A DNA stretch of 64,000 nucleotides from Catajapyx aquilonaris (lineage: Eukaryota): contig KZ537981.1 in assembly GCA_000934665.2 (NCBI GenBank), forward strand, positions 1 to 64,000. Direction: 5' to 3'. Under the pieces are notes generated by a model. The model was given only the letters and a program-made list of their open reading frames with translations, searched no databases and was not told the DNA's origin. A program made the position numbers and the translations under genes. Below, piece after piece: positions 1 to 10,000 of the stretch. Within the stretch, counting starts at the first letter, position 1, and each line of letters opens with the position of its first letter.

Positions 1-1129
1 ATATCCTCAAACTCCATTTCCTCCTTACTTTCTGGTTTTTCCAGAGGTCTTTGGAGATGTTTTTCATATGGCAATAAATCATATTTGTATGGAAAATGAG
101 TACAATGAATATTTCTCCTTTACCCACCTCTGCCCCCTTCCCGCATACCCTACCAGCAAGTTGAGTTTGTTTCCATGGCAACAACAAAATTATTCCATAG
201 TCTTCTGACATGTTTTCTGGTATTCTATTATTTATTATATTATCTTCATTCTTCTGGTATAGGTAGGCCTAGTACGTGGCAATAAAAACTCACATCAGGA
301 GGGTCGCGAATTTTGAGTGGCGGTTTTTTGGGGTCGCCGACGAAAAAGATTGGAAAGCACTGTATCCAAGGTACTGTATCAAGGGTATACAGAAGTACAA
401 GGCCCTGCCACACTTCTCCTGTGGCGCGGGGGAGCGCCCGTCTGTGATTGGCCGGATAGAAGAGCCATGTTCCTCTGGCCAGACGTTTGTGTCTGAGGAA
501 CGTCAGGATTGGAACGTTCTATTTGTTGCTGTTGACTGCCAGGAGGCGATACTATCGAGGTTGCGATATCTACTCGTGAATTGAACGGCCAGGTTAATCA
601 ACATTATTTTAATTTAACTAATTATATAAAAAAATAATTAAACGCCGGGTGTTAATTGTGCAATTAGCAGTGGTTTAACTGGAAATTTACACAACGTATG
701 CATAGTGATGAACCAGACAAGCTGATTGGTTGTTGCAGCAAAATTCAGGCGTGCCATTGGTTCGTCGCACTTACGTGTGCGCACCGGAGTAGCCCGTGTA
801 AATACTTAAAAAATGCGCGGTGAATTTCGAACATTCTTGCCCTGGAATTAAAGTGCCATTAATTGCCCTACATACCGTAAATGATGCCAATTTATGTTCA
901 GATTAATGTGCCCCATTCATGCCTATCCGAGTTGCATATTGCATCCGGACGAACTAATGTAATTTCAAAATAATGGCATATGCCACCAATAACATGCCCA
1001 TAGCATAATAAATAATGCAGAAATTGAATTTCCAGCAGCAGAAAACTGTGGTTTTAAAAATATATCATGAACAAATACGAACTATAATTTGTTCATGATC
1101 TTTTCCACAAGTGCAATGCTTGCAACTGT

Positions 1130-4100
1130 TCCATTCTTACCTTTCCTCAATTATCATTATTAGCCGCATAATCCTGCTCAACTACAACGGTGCAGCAGAG
1201 TCCAAATGAAACAAGCAGGTCGAGGAACGAGTCGAACGACAAATGAATTGAACGCTGTTTATTCATTGGATTTCATATGAAAAATATTTCTTAAGTGAAA
1301 TCGGCCACCCAACATTGGCTCTTGAGACTGTTATACAATTTAAAAACTTTAAAATGGGCACTGACACCCACAAGCCAATCAAGAAAAAAAAAAGGAGGGG
1401 GGGGGGNGGGGGGGGGGGAAACTGGGACACATTTTGTAAGTTTGTGCGCGCGTGTACTTAGAAAAGACCTTCCGCTTTCTTCAAATTGGTCTATGGCGCC
1501 ATGTCGGCCAGCTGAAGAACACCTTCCTTTGGGACATCCCAGCACCTCCTGGAATTATACATAATTAGACTGGGTGTGGCAATGAATGTAAATGCGGGAA
1601 TCACCTGAAATTCATCTTCACTTAAGTGTCGTATCTTCAGTCCTGCCGGATCAACGCCTCCAGAGTTCAGGTAGAGGCTTCTGCCGTAATTCCATGAAAG
1701 TGAAGGTCAATGGGTGTGATGGTAATAAGATCCGCTTCGTTGTGTTTTCTCTGCTGCGTAGTTGTGGATGCTCACTAATTATTTCAGTAGGTGCAGATAA
1801 GAACGAGGTGAAGTCCATCTTGGTGGTCAGGTCCGACCCTGAACCAAAGGGAAGTCCGGGGCTGCTCTGGAGTGTCGTGCGGAATTGTCGCAGCCCATCA
1901 GAATTCCCGGAGTTTCCTAAGCCCATCTTGGATTCCAGTGGTAGTTCCTCTTCTGGGTCACTCTCCGGCCCGGAGAATAAGAACAACATCGCAGACCTCA
2001 AGAACCAGCTCGAGGTTGCCAGGGAAGAATGGCGCAAGAGGCTTCAAGGGTGGACTTTTCTCGGGTCAGCCTTCGTAGCCGTGGCAGCTCCACCAAGGGT
2101 TCATCCGACAATGGTCCAGCCATGGGGCTCTTGTTGGTCAAAGGTCGCCAACATGTACAGACCAGAATGGTCCAACTAGTGGCGTCGTCCATCAACAGTG
2201 GTGACGCCTACATTCTAGTGACCCCAGCCAGGGTGTACATTTGGATTGGGGAATACTCCAACGTCATTGAGAGGAGCCGGGCATCCGAGGTGGCTCAGAT
2301 TGTTTGCCAGAAGAAGCAGCTCGGGTATAAAGGTTCCGGTGGTGTCACCACAATCTAGGAGGGCAAAGAGGCGGACAGGAGACATGTGGCCGCAATTCTG
2401 GGAGGCCCTGGGAGGCGAGGATGGATGCCAGAAAGGTGAGTTGCTCTTGAATATTTAACCTGAGTGTCTAGACTGTAACGTGTGCTTGAAGGTCTTGGGA
2501 CACATCGCACGGCCTCAGCTCCTCTGTGGCCCCCTGCCACTGGTGCTGTTGCTTGGCCGACTTCCCGCCGACCATTATGACCCTGCTGAAGTCCGGCCAG
2601 TCCTGGAACTTCTCCTGGAACAGAACTGACTGGGCGTTCTGGCTCACCGTCCTGAAGTAGGCCCACGCTGGATGGGAATCCGCCTTCCATGGGGACTCCT
2701 CTCCCAATGGGTTCCAATCAGAGCCACTGTAGTCACATCTGCAATACAAATATAACGTAACATAAGTAGCTACGACGTCAAACTTGGTGAACTTACCCTT
2801 TATCCCACTTCTTCTTGGCGAGCTTGAGTCCTTTCATCCTGAGATCGAGTGGTGCTTTGTTCCCGACCCAGCAGTAGCCTACATTTCGGACCCGAAGTCA
2901 AGAGTCTGGGAGCTCAGAAGACATATCCTTCCAGATACTCCACCAGCTCCAGTGTCCACTCTCCGCCATCCTCCACAGCCTCGTACCCCCCGCACCTTCA
3001 AGCACATGTTACATTCTATAGACACTCAGGTTTAATATTCAAGAGCAACTGACCTTTCTGGCATCCATCCTGGCCTCCGAGGGCCTCCCAGCATGCGGCC
3101 ACCTGTCTCCTGTCCGCCTCTTTGCCCTCCTCGATTGTGGTGACGCCACCGGAACCTTTATACCCGAGCTGCTTCTTCTGGCAAACAATCTGAGCCACCC
3201 CGGATGCCCGGCTCCTCTCAATGACGTTGGAGTATTCCCCAATCCAAACGTACACCCTGGCTGGGGTCACCAGAATGTAGGCGTCACCACTGTTGATCGA
3301 TGATGCCACTGGTTGGACCATTCTGGTCTGTACATGTTGGCGACCTTTGACCAACAGGAGCCCCATGGCTGGACCATTGTCGGATGAACCCTTGGTGGAG
3401 CTGCCACGGCTACAAAGGCTGACCCGAGAAAAGTCCACCCTTGAAGCCTCTTGCGCCATTCTTCCCTGGCAACCTCGAGCTGGTTCTTGAGGTCTGCGAT
3501 GTTGTTCTTATTCTCCGGGCCGGAGAGTGACCCAGAAGAGGAACTACCACTGGAATCCAAGATGGGCTTTGGAAACTCCGGGAATTCTGATGGGCTGCGA
3601 CAATTCCGCACGACATTCCAGAGCAGCCCCGGACTTCCCTTTGGTTCAGGGTCGCAACTGACCACTAAGATGGATTTCACCTCGTTCTTCTCTGTGCCTA
3701 CTGAAATAATTAGTGATCATCCACATCTACCCAGCAAAGTAAACACAATAATGAAGCAGATCACACCCACTGACCTTCACTTCCTTGTTGACCAGCCTCG
3801 GAGATGGCCGCCTTCTGTCACCATCAAGTGACTTTGGAACCAGCCAATGTTCCATTATCTTTTGGTTGAAGAGCTTGACCCTCTCCGAAAGTGGAAGTGC
3901 CGATGGTTCTTCACCATCACCGGCTTCCTTCAGGATCCTGGCGCCCACTCCCGGTGACATTGCTTTGCAGGCAGCTGCCATGTCAGCCTGAAATAAAACC
4001 AGGATGAGACTTTGGTGTACGGTTTAATCCACTTAATATCACCCTGTGCTCGGCATTCACCAAAAATATTTTGCAAATCATGTGCATGACTGGAGCTCAT

Positions 4101-4410
4101 CAATCGAGAAACAACCCAATTCGACCTCCAGTTACACAATGAGATTCAGTCTAAATGCAGCACGAATTTGGACTGATCTTTTTTTGTAAACAATTGCTGT
4201 CTACGGTTGATCCCCGATGAACTCATTGACGTAGCTACAGCCAATGCAAAGTGGCCTTTGCTACTTTCTAAAACGGGGTCAGCGGAGTGAAACCTGTCTA
4301 TAATGAACAACCATGTAGGTTCCCGCACCGTGGCCTGTTCTGTAACGATACACATTAGAATGTTTCGCTACTTTCGCAACTCTGACCTTATCGCCATCCG
4401 CTAACCAGGT
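1130..4410 (-). pseudogene. Rearranged, internally deleted duplicate of supervillin (DNA-level copy, introns retained)
   Basis: By-eye alignment to the parent: 1130-1263~6647-6762; 1300-1706~6848-7237 (headpiece exons); 2494-2993~8790-9360; 2994-3445~9360-9805; 3445-3520~10510-10582; 3520-3925~15020-15465; 3925-4410~16165-16670. 1698-2493 is an inverted copy of 2994-3782. There is a premature stop (ATC TAG at 2356-2358 where the parent has ATC GAG), plus deletions and an out-of-frame junction. Confidence 0.9.
1698..3782. repeat. Long inverted repeat: arms 1698-2493 and 2994-3782, ~500-bp spacer
   Basis: The ORF track gives near-identical peptides on opposite strands (2029..2358+ vs 3016..3459-; 1651..2037- vs 3451..3831+). 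A 120-nt block I compared (2041-2160 vs reverse complement of 3328-3447) has 2 mismatches. Confidence 0.95.
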
Positions 4411-4434
4411 TATGTCCAGGAGTACCTACTGCCA

Positions 4435-5791
4435 CCAGCTCCTCCGAGGACAACTGACTGACTGACACGCACTGCCCTCACTGAATAGAATGTGTAATAT
4501 CATGTGGACATGAGTGGCAGGCATTCGACTAGGTGAAACAGGCCACCTGAATACATGCCGAGGAGGGGAATGGTGCAATCCACTGACGTATTGGGCTTCT
4601 GTGCCATTGGGCTCTTATTCAATAGGACCAATACTTGGACTTTGGGCTTTCATTCGAAAATTGCATATTTTTTTTTGCAAAAATAAAATCTCTCTTTGTG
4701 CCATTAATTTGCAAAGCTGTCGGGTGACGAACTTTTTTTTTTCCCCAAAATGAGGAGACATTATGATTTAAACCTGCCAGGAGGTCAGCTCTAAAATAAA
4801 TTTTGTCAAGTGGCCACGGGTGACATATCCATGAGAACAAAGTTGAAGAAATGGTGAGATAGACAGATGCAAAGCAAGATAGGGAAACTTAGTCGATATA
4901 TGTACCACATGTTGTCCGCAGGTGCTGACGGCGTTAAATTTCGGGCCAGGTCGAGACGAAATAATACTATTGGCTTTTTGCTGATGACATCCTTAGTGAC
5001 AACCCTGGCTATAATGCAGAAAAATATTAATATGCTGGCCAAGTACTTTGACGGAAATGATCTGGAAATTAACTTTGGTAAGACTAAATTTGTATGCCAT
5101 CACAAAGGGGGGAGACAGCCTAATAAAAAATTCTTCTGGAATTCAGAGCTGTTATCACAAGCATCAACTTACACCTATTTGGGGGGTCCCATTCAAATGC
5201 TCCGGGAAATTAAATAATGCAGTAAAATTTTCCAACCACATGTCGCAAATTGGACAAGCGAAATTGAAGATCTACCACTGGCCGCAGTGTCGTGTGGCTT
5301 AAAGGAAGGGATATAATTAGGCGGCTCCAGGAGACCAAACGATATTTACTTTATAAGGAAGTAAAAGACACTTTTCAGATAGAAAGTTATTTCAACACGG
5401 ACTTACCACTATCACATATTAGGTTAATAACAATGAACTTAAGAAACAGCTCATGGACCTAAAAACTAAATAATCTCTCAACTTACCTCCACTCAAGTTT
5501 CGTAACCGACCTTCCTTGACCTTTTCACAAGCAGGAAACCAGATTATGGCCAGCTCCTCAGACGATGACTGACTGACACACACTACCCTCACTGAAAAGA
5601 ATGCGTAATATTATCACCAGCCCACAACCGGACAGGGGAATGAGAGGCAGGCATTTGACTAGGTGAAACAGGCCGCCTGAATATACAGCGAGGGGAATGT
5701 GAGGAGACATTATGATTAAACCTGCCAGGAAGTCAGCTCTAAAATCAATTTTGTCAAGTGGCCAAGGTGACAAAATCCATGAGAACAAAGT
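4435..5791 (+). repeat. Direct repeat pair (4435-4570 plus 4750-4842 vs 5550-5791) bracketing a LINE relic
   Basis: Shared strings include ctgactgacac.cact.ccctcactgaa.agaatg, gactaggtgaaacaggcc.cctgaata, gaggagacattatgatt and tccatgagaacaaagt. The first copy carries an ~180-bp insertion. Confidence 0.85.
4940..5530 (+). mobile_element. Degenerate non-LTR retrotransposon (LINE) reverse-transcriptase fragment
   Basis: A frameshifted FADD catalytic motif (ttt gct gat gac atc, ~4977-4991) is followed by QKNINMLAKYFDGNDLEINFGKTKFV...KGGR...FFWNSELLSQASTYTYLG, typical of LINE RT domains 6-7. YKEVKDTFQIESYF follows near 5350-5395. Confidence 0.75.
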
Positions 5792-6099
5792 CACCACAGT
5801 GTCGATGTGTGCAGAATATGCTTTCCTTAAAGTTGGGAACCTAGATATTGTGCCATATTCTATGTTATTTGTTTATTGATTTCGTAGTGACTAATCTGCA
5901 ACACTCGCCCCAGCAGGTCGTCTGCCCGCCGGGTCCTCCACTTTCTCTCACATGTCCTGCTCTTGGATGGCAGGCGCAACGGTACTGGTGGCCAGCCACC
6001 ATTAATAATTAATAATAATAATAATTCATACCCCGTTATCAGCCGGCGGCTCTTCAGGGGGGATATTTTTTTGACTGGAACTCTTCGTTTCGTTTTTAC

Positions 6100-6245
6100 T
6101 GCGCTTTTTGGGGTAGGAAACAACTCCGGAATTCTCTTGGAGGAACCGTGGGAAACCGCAGAAAACCACGGCTAGAGTTGCCGGCACCAGGATTCGAACC
6201 CAGGACTTCCCGATTAGCAGTCGGATACCACATCCGCCACCATTG
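6100..6245 (-). mobile_element. tRNA-derived SINE-like fragment
   Basis: caggattcgaacccaggacttcccga gives a Pol III B-box (GGTTCGAATCC) on the minus strand, within a gaaaaccacg...gccgg context resembling arthropod SINEs. No complete tRNA cloverleaf is visible. Confidence 0.45.
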
Positions 6246-6342
6246 TTGTTGTTTGGCACGTAGTTTTTCAGTGCATGCTTAAAACATTTAAAATTTCATG
6301 AAAATATGAGAAAATGCGGAATGATTGCGACCAGCCTCTCAC

Positions 6343-6555
6343 CGTTAATGGGCAGCGACACCAGCCCCGCGTCGATGAGGGCCTTGACGTTCTGTCGTTC
6401 CTATTGCGAGTGATCCGAGCGTGATTGCCACTTCAACTTGGATGTCCGCAGTGTGTGTGGGACGGACCAGCAGTTGGATCAGCCTGGGAATGACCCCTTG
6501 CTGGACGACACTTGCCTTCTGACGGTTGCTGCCAATCACAAAGTTCTTCAAGTTG
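6343..6555 (-). pseudogene. ARMC8: Armadillo repeat-containing protein 8 (ARMC8/GID5) exon with a frameshift
   Basis: An AG/GT-bounded exon encodes NLKNFVIGSNRQKASVVQQGVIPRLIQLL...EVAITLGSLAIGTT and then, in another frame, NVKALIDAGLV. This matches the ARMC8 N-terminus as I recall it (KNAVIGNNKQK...GAVPRLLYLL). The frameshift is at ~6392 and no further ARMC8 exons were found in the window. Confidence 0.75.
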
Positions 6556-6755
6556 CTGCATGCGATTGAAGCGTTGCGTAATTAAATGTAATAAAGAAAA
6601 ACCTTCGATGCAAATTGGTACTCACACGACTGCTGCAACATATCTTTCCATTCTTACCTTTCAACTTATTAGCCACAGAATCCTGCGATACTACAAAATG
6701 TGCAGAGTCGAAATGAAACAAGCAGATCGATGAACGACAAATAAATTGAACACGG

Positions 6756-6761
6756 TTTATT
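6756..6761 (-). terminator. Probable Svil polyadenylation signal (AATAAA)
   Basis: tttatt on the + strand, ~240 nt past the Svil stop. It is also retained in the duplicate (~1258-1263). Confidence 0.5.
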
Positions 6762-7002
6762 TACGGAAGCTAGTAAAATTAAACCTTGTAAAAAAAGGGG
6801 GGGTTAAAGACTAGATAGCAAGTATATTTATGTTAAATCCCCCTCCCAACCTTGGCGCTTCCAAATATTCCGGTTGACTTTATACATTTTAAAAAAGGCA
6901 CTGTGACACCCACAAGACAATAAAAGAGGGGAAAAAAACTGGGACACAATTAAGTTTGGCACTTTTGGTGTATTACATTCCGTGTGTGTGTGTGTTGTCT
7001 GC

Positions 7003-10000
7003 TTAGAAGAGATCTTTCTCTTTCTTCAGATTGGTCTGCCGCCACGTCGGCAGGCTGTAGAATGCATTCTTGGTAAATCCCAGCACCTCCTGGAATTAGA
7101 CACAATTAGAGTTCGTGTGGCGATGGACATAAATGAGGAAATTACCTGAAATTCGTCGTCGCTTAAGTACGACTCAAGTCGGGCTGGATCAACTCCTTCG
7201 GGAAGTGGCTTCTCCTGCAGTTCCACAAAAGTGAAGGCCTTCCGGTTCATGCGGGCCATCACCTCAGCTACCGGAACCGGCTCCTGGCTCAGTCCGTCAT
7301 CATCTTCATCCACAACAGGAAACCAGGTTGGAAACAGGTTCGTGAACTCCTCCGGTTCTGCCCCGGCGCACACCAGCATTGGGGCCAATCCATTGCTGGC
7401 GTCATCTCCGGCATAGTCGAGTGCGGTTCCAAGGGCACACCGCCTCTCCGAGTCCCACCTGGGCCCCTCCTCGCTTCCCGCAGCCCTCTGCCACACCCAA
7501 ATCCGGTCCACTCCGTCCACCAGGAAGAGTGCGGGCTGGTTGGCCTCCATCAGGTCATCTTGAGTGAATGGGAATGGGGTTGGATGCCCAGGGGCGAACC
7601 AGGGGCAACGGACCTCTCTGGCCACAAACGAACCGGACCAAGAGGACATGTGGAACAGCCGCGATGTCTGAAGCAACGGGCCTAGAGAGCTCCTCTCCAA
7701 GGGCGAGTCTTCGCTGATTCCTGCGAAACAATACCAATTACGGCCCTGCAATTAGCAGAGAGCAGGCGACATTTACCTCTGAGGAATTCCAGCGACTCCT
7801 CTCCTTGTTCCTCCTCCCGCACAGCCTTCCCTTTGCCCAGATTGCGTTTGGCCACTGCTGCAGCCAGCTCCCTCACATGCTGTGGCGACCTGGACCCGTG
7901 CCACACGATGATGGAATCCTCTGTGGTCATCACGAATGATGTCCTGTCCCGCAAGTGTGACCGTTCTGCCTCTACCTCCACCAGGACTGTCTCCTCTTTC
8001 AAATCGCCTCGAAGGTAGTACAGACGGCTGCTTCTAACCTGCGATTGTCTGCCCAGTTCGATCACCATTTTGCCTCCAAAGAGCCTGACAAAAACAGGAG
8101 GCTCCCTTCCTTCTTCCACCCGCACCTAGAAAAATAATATTATGCGTCAAGTACAATGCAATTACAATTGACGAGCAGTAACCAACCTGAGGACCTTTCT
8201 CCTCATCCAACTCGACCGTGATGAGGGCCGCAGCTCCTTGGGAGGTGATGGAGGATTGGCGTCCTTGCCAGAAGTAGTACGCACACCTGTCACGACCAGT
8301 TACAGAGTGGCGTGACTGCTGGCCTGAGAGGTCGCGACCTGTGAAGACGCAAATGTCCAAAATGAATTACCTTGCTTCGAGCTGAAAGGTGAATGAGCCC
8401 AAGAAAATTCAGTTCCAACACACTGAACTTACCAAACCTCTCTCCCAATGGGCTGGCTGCTTTCAGATAAGACAACAATATCACACGTGTCCATCAGTCG
8501 AATTTACATAACCGACCCTTGCAAGACACAACCTAGATCATGCGAATGAAACTGACCTGTCAGAGTGACCCTGTAGAGCCATCTAACAATGTAGGTGTCT
8601 GTAGAGCAGAACTTGCCCCACTCCTCCCTGGGGACCCGCTCCTTCCTGTTCTCCGAGGCCTTCCACACCGCCTTGTCCAGCGTGGCCAGCACGTGTCTCC
8701 TCTCCTGGCCCTCCCCTTCCCCTTCCCCTCCCCTCCCGATCTGCTCTCCTTCCAGTTCCAGTCCGCCTTCCCATTCCGGCTCCTGGGACATCTTGGACAC
8801 ATCGCACGGCCTCAGCTCCTCTGTGGCCTCCTGCCGCTGCTGCTGCTGCTTCGCCGACTTCCCGCCGACCATTATGACCCTGGTGAAGTCCGGCCAGTCC
8901 TGGAACTTCTCCTGGAACAGAACCGACTCCATGTTCTGGTTCACCTTCCCGAAGTAGGCCCACACTGGACGGGAATCAGCCTTCGATGGGGACTCCTTTC
9001 CAATTGGGTTTGAATCACAGCCACTGTAGTCATATCTGCAATACAAATATCATGTAACAAGTAGTTACGACGTCAAACTTGGTGAACTCACCCTTTATCC
9101 CACTTTTTCTTGGCGAGCTTCAGTCCTTTCCGCCTGAGATCAAGAGGTGCTTTCTTGCCAACCCAGCAGTACATCTCTGACCCAAAGTCAAATACGATGA
9201 CCTTTTCTGGGTCAAGTGTCTGGTACCTCAGAAGGCATCCTTCCAGATACTCGACTGGCTCCAGCTTCCACTCTCCGCCTTCCTCCACAGCCTCGTACAC
9301 GATGTTGGTCGAGACAATCGCACTCTCGTATGACTCGTCTTCCACTGGACTCTCCGCACCTTTAAGCACACGTTACATTCTAGACACTCAGATTAAATAT
9401 TCAAAAGCAACTCACCTTTCTGGCATCCATCCTCGCCTCCGAGGGCCTCCCAGAATGCGGCCACATGTCTCCTGTCCGCCTCTTTGCCCTCCTCGATTGT
9501 GGTGACGCCACCGGAACCTTTATACCCGAGCTGCTTCTTCTGGCAAACGATCTGAGCCACCTCGGATGCCCGGCTCCTCTCAATAACGTTCGAGTATTCC
9601 CCAATCCAAATGTACACCCTGGCTGGGGTCACCAGAATGTAGGCGTCACCACTGTTGATCGATGACGCCACCGGTTGGACCATTCTGGTCTGAACATAGC
9701 GGCGACCTTTGACCAACAATAGCCGCATGGGGGGACCATCATTGTCGGATGACCCCTCGGTGGAGACGCCATGGCTACGAAGGCTGACCCGAGTGAAGTC
9801 CTCCCGAGAAGCCAGGCCAGCCAAAGCTTCAACGGCCAGGTTTGACGACTTGGCAACTGCGGAACATGAATAATTACCTGATTGCCAAATAATGAGCATG
9901 GCATGACTTACGTTGCTTCACTTGCATGTTCCTTAGCTCACGCTCGGCTACTCCGGTGGAAACCTCCTCGTAATGCGCCTGGAGGTCAGTCCTTGAAGCA

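Noticed and set aside
1395..1418. Long G tract as a G-quadruplex element
   Set aside because: It contains an N and is an unresolved homopolymer, as at ~37316 and ~62902. Its length is unreliable and the parent copy has only a short G run.
1592..2458. Plus-strand gelsolin-like ORFs as an independent gene
   Set aside because: This is the inverted arm of the Svil pseudogene, with a premature stop, an out-of-frame junction and no own start or 3' exons.
6180..6240. Possible tRNA gene (GGTTCGAATCC on the minus strand)
   Set aside because: No acceptor stem or full cloverleaf; it fits a SINE fragment better.
8540..9013. Long antisense and alternative-frame ORFs over Svil exons (also over WASHC5 and eIF3i)
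   Set aside because: They are shadows of GC-rich coding sequence with no independent motifs.
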